A DNA stretch of 64,000 bases from Azolla caroliniana (lineage: Eukaryota > Plantae > Polypodiophyta), in assembly GCA_043228905.1 (NCBI GenBank), contig JBHGNT010000021.1, positions 6,076,001 to 6,140,000 of the forward strand, given 5' to 3'. The translations under genes and the position numbers were made by a program. Numbering within the stretch: the first letter of the stretch is position 1; each line of letters starts with the position of its first letter. This document shows, one piece after another, positions 1 through 12,644 of the stretch. Below the pieces are notes generated by a model. That model was not told the origin of the DNA and did not search any database. It worked only from the letters and a program-made list of their open reading frames with translations.

Positions 1-17
1 GTAATGAAGACTCTCCC

Positions 18-2009
18 GTGCTCTCCCCGCGCAAGGAACCAAGGAGACGGTTCACGCGCAAAGAGAAGGGGGAGAAGAAGATGCCGGATTATGAAACCGG
101 TAATGATGAGTTGGATCAGAGCGGATCCAACTCCGGAAAGGAAAATGACGGCTCTTCGACACCGAAGACCGAACCGGCAAGGAAGGGCCTCAAACCGGGT
201 AACGGTGGGTTACGCCGGTCAACCCGCCAGAAGGAACCTGTTAAGCAGTACGGGTACAATGAGTACATGGCGCATCACTATGTGTACATGACCAAGGTGG
301 CGGAAGTGCGTGAGCCGGAGAGCTACGTAGAAGTGGCAAAGGACGCACATTGGTGTGCCGCTATGGAAGAAGAGATGCGGGCACTTGATGCCAACGTGAC
401 ATGGGACCTGGTTGACCCTCCCCGTCACTGTAAACCGATCGGATGCAAGTGGGTGTACAAGGTAAAGTACAACGCCGACAGCTCAATTAACCGGTACAAG
501 GCCCGGTTAGTGGAGAAGGGATACGCAAAGACCCACGGAATCGACTATGACGAGACCTTCACTCCAATAGCGAAGATGACGACAGTTAGTGTGGTGCTGG
601 TGGTTGCTACAGTAAGGGGGTGGCATCTTCACCAGATGGATGTGAAGAATGCATTTCTTCAAGGAGATCTTGAAGAAGAGGTCTTTATGATACAACCCCC
701 CGGTTTCCAAACGGAGATGAACAAGTCGGCAGTATGTCGGTTGAAGAAGTCACTTTATGGCCTAAAGCAAGCCCCCCGAGCTTGGAATGCGAAGATCACG
801 CACCGGTTTCATAAGATGGGGTTTGCGGCCTCGAAGTCCGACTCTTTGTTGTTCATCCGGCAAGGTCCGGACGGTTCGGTTTGCATCTTGTTGTATGTTG
901 ATGATCTGATCATCACAGGACCCGGACTCGATGAAAATCAGCCGAGTCAAGTCCCGGTTGTTGGATGTGTTTGAGATGAAGGACCTAGGGGACCTTCATT
1001 ATTTTCTTGGGATCGAAGTGATCCAAACCCTGGACGGCATATTGCTCTCACAGAGGCAGTATGTGTTGAATATGCTGTACAAGTTCGGCACATGGGGGAC
1101 CTTCATTATTTTCTTGGGATCGAGGTGATTCGAACCCCCGATGGCATATTGCTCTCACAGAGGCACTATGTGTTGAATATGTTGTACAAGTTCGGCATGA
1201 CAGAATGCAGACCTATCTCAACACCCTTCGACCGAAACCAGAAGCTCTGTCCCAACTCCGGACCGGCCTGCGATGAGAAACGGTTCCGACAAATTGTCAG
1301 AAGCCTTATATATTTGACCATCACCTGACCCGACATCAGCTATCCGGTCAGTGTGATTAGCCAATTCATGCAGAAGCCGACCGTAGAGCATCTTCAGTGC
1401 GTGCACCGAATACTGTGGTATGTGAGCGGCATGAAGGACCGAGGATTGTTATACCGGCGAGGTATAACCGAAGAGTTGGTTGGTTACACAAATGTCGACT
1501 TGGCCGGCGATGCATCAGATTGCCGATCAACCTCCGGTTATATGTTTTCCCTAGGTAGCACGGTTGTTGTGTGGAGTAGCAAAAAGCAGCCAATAGTTGT
1601 CCTGTCGAGCACTGAGGCTGAGTATCGGGGCGCTACCATTGCCACCTGTGAAGCCATTTGGCTTCGGCGACTACTGCAAGACCTACGGATCGAGGTACCA
1701 ACCCCGATTCTGATCTACTGCGACAACATAAGCAGCATGCAGCTCGCCAAGAACCCCGTATTCCATGCTCGCACAAAGCACATAGAAGTGCACTATCACT
1801 TCTTGCGTGAGCGTGTCCTGAGCGGTGTGGTCGAACTTCGGTATGTTCACACGGATCGGCAAGTTGCCGACATCTTCACCAAACCACTCGGATCTGACAA
1901 GTTGCAGCACTTCACCGAAATGCTTGGTGTTCAACATCTCGATGTGCCACACTTGAGGGGGAAAATGGGCAAAAACACCGAAACGGGAGACTTCCGATTG
2001 TGCCGGTGA
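18..2009 (+). pseudogene. pol: Copia pol (RT + RNase H), disrupted
   Basis: Split over ORFs 18-974, 931-1128, 1092-1328 and 1353-2009 by frameshifts, stops and a ~107-bp internal duplication. Confidence 0.9.
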
Positions 2010-2576
2010 GGGAAGAACCGATAAAGGGAGAGACAAGAAGAAGAAAGGAGTCGAGTCGACAAAGGAAGTTGACACATCCGAACAAGTCGGAACAAGCGGC
2101 GGCGGCGGCAGAGTCAAGAAGGATAGAGCCGATTGAAGGAAGAAGGCCAAGACCCGAACATGGTCCGATGTGGGAAGGGCCTCGAATCGGAAGATGAATC
2201 AGGAGCGACCGATTTGGACAAGAGCTGGAACGAATCAGAGACAGTCGATTCGGTTCAACAGACAGATTCAGAGGAGCCCGATCAAATAAAGGCCGAGCAG
2301 ACACAGACGCAGTGGAAGTCGATGCCATCGCAGAGGAACCGACGGATCGGCAAGCACCGGAGTCACAGCAGCGAGGGAGCTGAATTGGGCCTGTTGAGCA
2401 AACAAGCCGACCGAGGAGGTAGAGGTGCGTAGAACAAGAGGGGTTGCGGCAAACAGAACCGGACCAGACGAGGAGCGTGAGCAAGGCGGAGTGACGCTAG
2501 AAGGAGCCGGGCAGAAGGACCAGTTGCCACAAACGTTAACACTACGACTGGACCTCAACTTGAGCTTGACGGGGAG

Positions 2577-3000
2577 TGTTGAGCAGCCAGCTCAATTGGA
2601 GCCGGATCGACTGAACAAGCCTGAGCCGGTGAGCGAGACGAATCGGTGAGCCGGTGAGCACCCGGTGAGCAAAAGAGCCGGTCAGCTAGGGAGCCGGTTA
2701 GCCAGATCCATCAGTAACTGGAAGCCTAGTAGCAGCTAGACTACTAGGGAGTTAATACTCTCGTAGTTAGTGTCAGACGCTCGAATGAGCATTGAAGTAC
2801 ACCGTATTTCTGTCAGTCCATATGGACTTGTATAAAAGTGTTCGCTGAACACATACTATGTACAGAGTGTTGATATAATTTTTGAATAGTGATTCTTGTT
2901 CTGCTCTCTTTGTCTCTCCCACGTACTGTTAAGCTCTCCATTAAAACCTATTCTCTATTTTCTGTTTTTCTATTGCTTCCGCACGCTATTTGTTTTTACA
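2577..3000 (+). repeat. 3' LTR of copia element
   Basis: Starts TGTTGAG right after the PPT, has TATAAAA near 2831, ends TTTTACA, and is followed directly by LINE sequence. Confidence 0.8.
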
Positions 3001-3170
3001 AGTGGCAATTTAGAATGCCAACTACATTGTAAGATCTACCACCACCCATGATCAGATTTGTGTAATCTCCATTTTTCTTTAGCCTTAGATGATACAGAGC
3101 AATGATACAAAAGATTAGTTGTCACTTGTAACAATGATGTTTGACCCTTTAAACACCAATCAAGCCACGG

Positions 3171-6100
3171 TCATTCTCCTGTTTGTAGAGGTAAGGGACC
3201 TTGCATCAATGCAATATTTTGTAGTTGTTGCCAAATAAACCCATAATTAGGCGGAATGCGTAATAATTGTTGCGCTTCAACAAACTCCAAATTTCTTTGA
3301 GATGGAGCCTCAACTATATCTGCCACCTCTTTGACCCCCGAACGAAACAAACGATTAAATTGAGAGTGCAATCTCTCCTTTCCTAGCCAACATAATAACC
3401 GAGAAGATGCAAGAACTCTTTTTGCAAAGAATTACAATGCTCTCTACTAGATGATGGTTTCCATACACATAACAAGACTGCTTCTTGCCATGAGGTAACC
3501 AAGTGTTGAACACATGTAGAGCCTGGAATCCTAATTGAAATACATCCATTCAGTAATTGCCACCATGAAGCCTTAATCGTTGTCCTCCCATGTATTAAAC
3601 CCTTGTTCTCAATGAAACATTGAACAATAGATATCCATGGTTGTGAGTTTGAACACATATGCTTAGATAAGTTCAATATTCCAACTCCCCCCAAGCGCTT
3701 AGGGGTTGCTAGATGATTCCATGCAACTTAAGTGATTCCCATCTTATCCCTCTTCTTCCACAATAAATATCGAAGAGGTTGCAAAATAGAATGCAAAGTC
3801 TTCTTTGTCCATGGCAACAATGGTAAGTAATATAATATCATGGGTTCCATAATACATTGTACAACCTTCAAGCATACATGAAATGGCCAAGGTTATGACT
3901 TCCAATACATGAACTTATCCCTCAACGTACTAGAGATCCATTCAATCAATTGACCATTTGTAACATTCATTCCTAATGGATAGCCCAAGTGTCGAAAAAT
4001 AGAGCCTTGCTTCACCACGGATCCTTGCCATCCTAAACATTCCAAATCTCTTTCAATACATGATATGAGACTAGAGTTCCTCCAATTAATATGTAATCCA
4101 GAAGCCAATGCAAATTGGTTCCATACAAGCATCCCCTTCTCAAGATTATCTCGTGAGGCTTGTAGAAACATGAAAGAATCATCAGCTAAGCTTGTGCTAC
4201 TAGTTGCCCTACAGATGGAAGGTGTAGACCCACAATATCACCATTTGTTGCAAGCCTGGATAGCATCACTAACAAGGGATGAGTAACAATAGCAAACAAC
4301 AATGGACTAATAGGGCATCCTTTACGAACGGATCTTGTGAGGGAAATATTTGATGTAACTCCCCCATTAAGCATTACTTGAGACACCGAATCTTGTCCTA
4401 ATAAAAATATGAAGTGAGACATACGAGGTCCAAAGCCCATTGTATGCATTAACCCAGAAACAAAGGACCAATTAACATGATCATAAGCTTTCTCCAAATC
4501 TAATTGCACCATAATCAATTCTTGATGAGTGTTTTGAGCATAATCCATGGCCATTTGAACATTCAACACATTATGCAATATATTCCTACTTGCAATAAAA
4601 CCATATTGGGCGGGATGTATCAACTTTGACAAATACTTTTGTAATCTATTTGCCAAGACCTTTGTAAATATCTTATACAACCCCCCCATCAAAGAAATAG
4701 GTCTCCATTGATGAAATGACTCTAGAGATGCCACATTTGGAACTAATTTAATTAGATCAACCTTCCAAGCTTGAGGCATATGACCAGAATCCCAAGAATG
4801 TTGAAATATCAAAGTTAAGGGTCCCTTTAAAATGCTCAAATATCGCTTAAAAACTTCATTTGTCAAGCCATCCCAATTGGGGTTCTTACCACAAGGAAGA
4901 TGCCTTAAAACTTTGTCCACCTCATCCTTAGTGAAATCCGCATCCAATTCATGACTAATGAGGTCATGCACAATACATCCAACCACATCATAAAACTCAT
5001 GACATGCCCTACTCACCTCATTTGTCATTAACAATTGTGGGCTAATCAACTCCTTAAAGTAATGAACACATATGTCAATTATTGTAGTAGGATCCACTAT
5101 CCATTCATCCCCTTGCTTCACATGTACCACATTAGATCGAGTATAAGTAGGATGCAATGCTTGGAAAAACAAATGAGATAGACATTGATTATCTATGAGC
5201 CCTTCCCTCAATTGTCACATCTTCGCATAACGATAACTTTGGCATTGCAACTGAGAAATAATAACATGCAATTGACTTTGGATATCCAAAAGCTCCTCAT
5301 CTAATGGTGCATGTATCAATAATGCATTACACCTAGAGAGAACTTGTGAGAATTTTCGAAGAAGACCTCTTCTTCGTTGAGCATTAGTTACTCCATACAT
5401 GCGATGAATGATCTTAATGTTTCGTAATGTGATTTCCCATGATTTAACTCCTTTAAGATTCACTTCTTGTGAAATTTACCAAAATTTGCTCCATGAGAGA
5501 ATCAAAGTGAGGTTGAAGCAAAAGAGAAGAGTTAAAGCGGAATGGAGGCTTTCCAAATAATGACTTATACATGTCAATTGCATGACCAGAAACCTCAAAC
5601 AAATAAGAAAGTGATCTGAAGTTCCTACATCTTGTAAAACTGTCATACGAAGTGATGTCAATAAAAAAGAATCATTGTGCATCATATACATTCCATCTAA
5701 CCGACTCCATGTTTGTCTATGTTGCACAGATTGGAAAGTAAAACCTAGATCATTCCCATGCAACCATGTCCAAACATCCAACTTCGGAACCTCCATAGCT
5801 AATGAATCCCAAGCAAGTTGCTCAGGATCATCCATGGTTGAATGTTCAAACGTAGATTGAGATGCATCAACACACATGTTAAAATCACCCATAAGTAATC
5901 TTGGACGACCCACACATAAGGTTTGATGGAGTGAGCCCCATAATGCACTACATTGAGTGGCTTGGTTGGGGGCATAAATCCCAACCACCCACACAACCTC
6001 ACCAAAAAACGTGATTTCTAGAACCAAAAACCGACCATAAGGATGATTATGAACCACTTGAGGATAATATTTATCCCAAACGACTAATAGCACACCTAAA

Positions 6101-6201
6101 AAATGATTATTAAGATGTCCTGCATAGAATGATGAATATCCATGCAAATGAACTGTGGATCCCGCTAACTCATGACACATGCTCAACTGCACATAATACA
6201 T
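3171..6201 (-). pseudogene. L1 ORF2 (endonuclease + reverse transcriptase), disrupted
   Basis: EN and RT motifs in collinear order on the minus strand, with stops and frameshifts. Confidence 0.88.
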
Positions 6202-6659
6202 CCCATTCTTTATTTAACAAAGTTTGTCATAATATATACTTCTTATGAGGAGAACATGCCCCTCTCACATTCCATGTTACCACTTTCATTCAGTCAACAA
6301 TGTTATGGGTGCACTTGCTCCTTCAGAGCAACCGATGTAATGAAACTAGTCAACGCATGTTCCAATGCTGCATATGGATTTTCATGCACCACATCCTTAG
6401 GGCCGTCTATCGAAATCTTTTGTTTAGGTTCTCCCGCTTAACGAAAACCTCGAGAATTCGATGAATTTACAACCCGCCCCAATGAATCAAATTGAAGGTG
6501 AAGGGGTAATCCCTTATCCCTAAATTATCTTTGCCAATGAACTTTTCGAGAACCTTGTCTAGTTCCTGAATTACCTTTCCAAGTAGTCTCACAAGTAGTG
6601 GGCAAACTATTACGTTGCATATTCATTGATTTCCCCTTCAACCTGCCCGTAACCTGATG

Positions 6660-7819
6660 TCAATCCTTTTCAACAACATCACTACTCGTTCTATCCAATG
6701 GTTTTCTCCCCTTATCTATAACCACCAAACTTTGTTTTTCCATATCCAAAGATTGAGCTCCCTTATTCTTAGGGCCCAAACCTTGAAGTGAAACCTCTTT
6801 ATAACCCACTCTAGATGATGTTCCTTCATCCATAACAACCACAATAGCTGATACACCAACATCTCTCCCAACTCCTTCCTTACCATTCCCTTCATTAGGA
6901 ACCTCTATAGTTGAAGGACAATGGCGCTGACATTCCGCCATAAAGTGACCCCATTCACCACATCCAAAACAATGACCTGCAAATGTCTCCCACTTCAATT
7001 TATAACAAAGTCTTTTCATACCAAATTTGTTCATACACACCCAACTTGGCCTCTTATGACTTGTATCTCATAACACAAAATCTACACTTATTTGTAGCAT
7101 TTGCATGTGGAGATACCAACACTTTACCCATTTGACTCATCAACTCTGGTAAAAGTGGTCATAAAAAAGCATGCTACAATCCACTGTTGCCCAAACGGGG
7201 CATTCTTGTTTTAACAAAGCATGATAGTCTACAACGGGGAACCATTGCATTACATGCACCAATCGTTTATCAAAAAACACAAGAACTTTATTCAACAATG
7301 CACTTCGATGTTCCAGTGAGCGAAACACTACTCAAAAAACCCTCGTGGTGCTGAATATATATTTTCAACACAATTTGGTGACACGAGTGTGTTCAACCAT
7401 TGTTTAATCCAATTAATGTATGGGAGTTTCCCGGTAAAAAACAATATAACCACATGATCATAGAATACATCAAAAGATTGCAACACTGCCTTAGCATCAA
7501 CTTCCACATCATGCACATCCTCATGAATGCATTCTTTTGCTGCATTTTCATTTTCTTCCACAATATCAAACAACAAGGTATTGGCAATTCCCCATAAATT
7601 ATCCCAATTACAATGATCATTGTCAACCTCATTTACATGTATTACTTCGGCATATGTCGCTTTTTTCTTATAAATTTTCTCAATACCCTTAAACCTCTTA
7701 GAGCTTCCAATGTTTTCCCTTTCATGATTACATTCAACTATCACATTACTCTGTTTTGGATCAATTGTGTCCATATCGATGTCCCTCACAATTTGAGAGG
7801 AATTCATGTTCATATCCAT
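6660..7819 (-). pseudogene. L1 ORF1 (DUF4283-like region + CCHC knuckle), disrupted
   Basis: Lies upstream of ORF2 and carries a CX2CX4HX4C motif. Confidence 0.7.
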
Positions 7820-8157
7820 TATTCTTGATATGATAGTGATCCGGGTTTAAAACAATTTTCCATAAACAAGAAAGATAACCGGAACTCACCCAATTGAAGA
7901 GGTCGAAGATGATGAATACAATAGAAGACCCACATTGTGTGTTGAGTATGTGGATGCCAACAACACAAGATTCCTTATTTCTATCGTTTCTTCTCACATA
8001 GACCACCAAATTTAACTTGTTATATCTCGTTACAAAGATCTCATCGAGGGCTTTCTAACACATGTCTTTATGGTCAATTCCGTTACTGATAGAGAGTGCA
8101 ACAACAAAAACAATTTCACTTCTTCTTCCCCTCTCCACTCTTGCTTTTTTTCCTCTA

Positions 8158-8160
<3 letters not shown>

Positions 8161-8210
<50 letters not shown>
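8161..8210. repeat. (CT)n/(GA)n microsatellite
   Basis: Direct reading. Confidence 0.95.
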
Positions 8211-8213
<3 letters not shown>

Positions 8214-8583
8214 CATAGGAAAAAGAAAAATTAGAAATTCAATGGCTAGCCCAACACCAAGTGTTAACATCTACACCACCAAGGACATTGGTGACCACAA
8301 TGACATCTTGATCAATCTACCTCAACAAATTAAATGGTACAAACTACCGCAATTGGAGAATAAAAATGTATCTCAAAAGACTTTGAAATGTTTGGGATAT
8401 CGTGTAAGGCTCTGAAAAATATGTCAATGCCAAAGACAATTTTGCACATCATGCATGGAGAGAAAAAGACTTCGAAACACAATTGGAGATTATATTCAAT
8501 ATTTTAGACAAGCAACTTCACATGGTGGAAAGTTAACAATCAACAAATGCAATGTGGAAATTCCTAAAGATGAAATATAATCA

Positions 8584-9005
8584 TGTTGAGAGACAAGCTC
8601 AACATTGGGAGCGTAAACGGGTGCGTAACCCAGTGCGTAGACTGGGTGCGCAAAACCGTGCGCAAAATATTGTCGTAGTGGTATGTAAACCGAGAGGCCG
8701 TTAGAATTTTATTCCTCATAAGGAATAATTTTGGGGGTAAGTGTAGGATGCTCATTTATGAGCAGTTAGGTACCGTAAGTACTTGTGTCAGCCCGATAGT
8801 CGGGGCTTGTATAAAAGGTGCTCATTGAGCACCAAGTATGTACACAGAACATACAAAGAATTACGTTTTTTGAATATAGTTACGTTTTCTACTCTCTCTC
8901 TCTCTCTCTCCTTCTCTGTGATTTCTGTGTTTTACGAACTGTCGTACTTCCGAACCATGTACTCAATGTCTTATGCATATGTTTCCGCACACGTATTCTT
9001 TTACA
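8584..9005 (+). repeat. 5' LTR of copia element
   Basis: TGTTGAG...TTTTACA, TATAAAA near 8808, followed immediately by a tRNA-iMet PBS. Confidence 0.85.
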
Positions 9006-11755
9006 TGGTATCAGAGCGCGAGGGTTGAGACTCCTCTGCAGCCGACAAAAAAGCTTGTGATAAAGACAGAGTTAAGTTATTGTTTTTCGGAAAGTTATGC
9101 ATACACTTCTGCACCCGTATTCTTTTACATGGTATCAGAGCGCGAGGGTTGAGACTCCTCTACAGCCGACATAAAAGCTTGAGATAAAGACAGAGTTAAG
9201 TTATTGCTTTTTGAAAAGGATAAGACAATAATATGGACAGAGGAATGGGAAGCTCGCTAACGATTGAGAAGCTCGACAGGAGCAACTACGCATGATGCAC
9301 CAATATCTGCTTGGTCATGGTTACTGGAGTTATGTCGAAGGAGCTAATGATGCAGCACCCGAATCGACACACAGAAATTTTTCGGCTTCGGAACAAGCGG
9401 CAAGTAGAGTTCTTTACTACTTTGCGTCCTGTGTGAGCGATTAGCTCTTGAGCTACATTCAGGATGCTACGATGCCAAAGGACACGTGGACGAATCTCAA
9501 GAGGATTTTCGCCACTAGCAGAATGGCCAAGAAGTTGCAACTCAGACAAGAGCTCAATAATGTCCGACAGAAAGATCTGTTTGTGGCCGTCTGCACAAGG
9601 GAGATTACGCCTTCGTTCTTCGAGCTTCAATCGATGTTGCTCGTGGAGGAAAATCACGGAGGTGCGCCAACGAGTATGCACACCGACAGCAAGATGTTGT
9701 ACACGGAGGAAGATAGGCCCCGTAGTCCTAACAGATGAGGCGAATCGGCGCGCAATGGAGACGGCCGAAAAGAGCAAAACATGTAGCATAATCGAAATGC
9801 CGGAAGCAGGGGGAGTCACAGCGGCGCCAAAAGCCGGCAAGAGAACGCCGCAATGGAATGTGGGTATTGTGGCAAGAAAGGCCACAGGGAGAGAGAGTGC
9901 TGGAAGAAGAGAGCCGATTCGGGCAAAGCCAAATCAAGTGAAAGAGACGCAGGACGGCATCAAAAATCGCACTACGTCGAAGGCTCTGAACGAGCCGTAA
10001 ATGGATCGGGCCTAGCCTTCATAATGAAGGACAAGGCCAATCTGATGGCCGAGAACACCTTGAAATCAAGCGAGGTGTGGTATGTTGATTCCGGAGTGTC
10101 AAGTCATATGACGACTCATAAGGAATGGTTCTCGTACTTGGAGAAACCGGAAAAACAAGGAGTGATCGAAACAGGAGATGACACTCCACATACCATTGAA
10201 CATGTTAGAGAAGTTCCTCTCAGCCACGTTGGGCAAAAAGGGAAACTTATGAACGTGTTGCACGTCATGACAATAACCAAGAACCTGGTGTTAGTCAGTC
10301 AGATCGTCGACCAGGGGATGCAAGTTCGATTCATGCACCTCGAGTGCTACATCGAAGAGGAAGGCCAAGTTATTGCCCAAGGGCACCGTGAAGGGAGGAT
10401 GCTCATCCTCGACACCAATCAAGCCGGAACCGTGCTGTTCGTTGGAGGATAGAAGGTTGAGTCAGATGTCGACCAGTGGCACAAGCGGTTTGGCCACGTT
10501 AACTTCCCACGGCTTCGTGAAATGCAAACGACGAACATTGTTTACAGCTTGCCGAAATTTCGGAGCCGTAATGGCCAAGTCTGCAACGCCTGTCAACTCG
10601 GGAAGCAACACTGACTTCCATTCCCCAATGAGCGTAATCGTAGTCGAAATCTGTTGGATTTGATCCATTCGGATGTATGGGGACCGACACAGAACGTGAG
10701 TCTTGGTGGAAGCCATTACTTCGTAACCTTCATCGATGACTTCACTCGACATACCTGGGCGTGCTTGATTGCGAAAAAGAGCGAAGTCTTCGCGTGGTTC
10801 CTGAAGGTGAAAAACCTTGCAGAAAGGGAAACAAGGCGTAAGATCAAGTGCCTACAGTCCGATGGCGGGAAGGAGTACTTCTCCGACTAATTCACGAGTT
10901 ATCTACTGAAGGAGGGAATTCGACGCGAATTCTCGTGTAGATATACGCCGGAGCAGAACGGCGTAGCACGAGCGGAAGAATCGGACGATTGAAGAAGCCA
11001 CCAGGGCAATGCTTGAAGAGAAGCATATGCCGAAGTTTTACTAGGCTGAAGCCATAAGGACGACTATTTATTTACAGAATCGAACTTCTACTAATGGAGA
11101 AGTGTCGCCACACGAGTTGTATTTCGGAAAGAAGCCAAACTTGGTACACTTGAGGATTTTCAACAGCATTGCGTATGTGCATATGCCGAAGGAGAAGAGG
11201 AGGAAACTAGATGCCAAAGCCGAGAAGTGTATCTTGGTCGGCTATTCAGACGAGCAGAAGGGGTATAAGTGTTATAACCCCCGGACAAAGGAAGTTCACA
11301 TAAGTCAAGATGTCGTGTTCGACGAGTCCGCTCCATGGTAATTGCTTTCACCTCCAATACCTCATGATTCAAGTCTAAATTCTGAAGAAGAGGTTAGCGT
11401 GATGAGGATATCGAAGCTCTGATAGTGAGTCCGATCTCATTTCAGCTAAGTGGGCCGAATGAGGGGTTGGGCCGAGATGGCCAACCAAATGAAGAGCCGG
11501 CGAGTAGTGGAGACTCGGTTGTGTTGTCCCCGCATAAAGAACCAAGAAGACGGTTTACGCATAAAGAAAAGGGAATAAGAAAATGTCGGAATACGATTTC
11601 AGCTGTGTCGAGTCTGACCGAAGCGAGTCTGACTTCGAACCAATTGAGAAGGAACCTCCGCGGAAGCAGTCAAAATCTACTGAAAAGGTCGTGAAATCGG
11701 GTAATCACGAATTACGCTGATCTACCCGCCTGAAGAACCCCGTAAAGAGGTACGA

Positions 11756-12644
11756 TGCCGTGATGTTTTCGACACATAGTGTGAAACCACCCTCAAAAGA
11801 GAGTAAAGTAGTGGTCCAAATAAACTAATATTGCAAAGTCAACTTTTGTAATAAATGATGAAAAGATAGTAAGGTAGAAGCGGTTTTTCAAAAGTAGATA
11901 AAAATAGAAAAAGTAGATAGTAAGGTGACTCTAAACGCAAGGCGTGGAATTGAGGAGCAAGGTAGAGAAAAAAGCTCATAATTTCCTCATCTGATGTCCA
12001 AATTAGACAAGAAAAGATCCATAAGAAAGATAACTCAAAGGGTTTTCCAAAAATAACTTGTATGTCTAATTTGGACGTACAAAATAAAATAATGATAGAA
12101 ATAAAATGTGACTCATATAGACAAGTTTTTGTTTAGGAGAAAAATAAAGCAAGCCATAGAAACCCTATAAATAAGAGCTATTCTTAAGAAGAAGGGGGGA
12201 GATGGATAGTGATTTGAAGAAGAAAAGATTTATGCTTCCTCTCTCATACTCTTAACCCTAAAGGGGGATATAAAAAAATCATGTATCAAAATAAGTCCAT
12301 TATATGGATGATTTTGTAATAAAAACTCTCTATGTTTCCTCTCTCATACTCTCTTAATTTAAGTTTTGCTTACGTATAGATATAATTTAGTGCTATTCAT
12401 ACTCTCTTACTCTAAGCGTTCTTACTCATAAGCATAATTAATCATTATTCGATCTTGCATACTCTCTTACTCGAAGATTTGTTTATGCATTAATATAATT
12501 AAGTATTATTCAATTTCTCATACTATCTTACTCTTATTTGAGGGAAATATCTCATCTTAAAACTTAAAGTGCATAAATCATTCTGGTCTAGAACCCCGGC
12601 GGTTCCGTCTCACAATCCGCACTAGCTGACGGATTTTCATGACA
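11756..12644 (+). mobile_element. Solo LTR (AT-rich, TGCCGTGA...TCATGACA) inserted in copia pol
   Basis: The copia sequence resumes on both sides. Terminal inverted 8-mers, 4-bp flanks ACGA/ACAG, TATAAATA near 12166, and internal CATACTCTCTTACTC repeats. Confidence 0.75.

Larger units (their letters stand above)
1..3000 (+). mobile_element. Ty1/copia LTR retrotransposon, 3' part (degenerate RT-RNase H, 3' spacer, 3' LTR); 5' part lies outside the window
   Basis: Copia RT motifs (KWVYKVK, QMDVKNAFL, SLYGLKQAPRAW, LLYVDD) and RNase H motifs (SSTEAEY, CDNISS, RTKHIEVHYHF). Purine tract GAGCTTGACGGGGAG is followed by an LTR TGTTGAG...TTTTACA. Confidence 0.92.
3001..8160 (-). mobile_element. L1-clade LINE, degenerate (ORF1 + ORF2), interrupted at its 3' side by the copia element
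   Basis: ORF1 fragments 7328-7819, 7140-7328, 6660-7040 (CFGCGEWGHFMAEC knuckle). APE endonuclease 5476-6201 (GIYAP, MGDFN, SRLD, SDH). RT 4186-5211 (WRPISL, LDLEKAYDHV, RKGCPISP). Downstream fragments 3893-4171 and 3383-3694. 5' boundary approximate. Confidence 0.88.
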
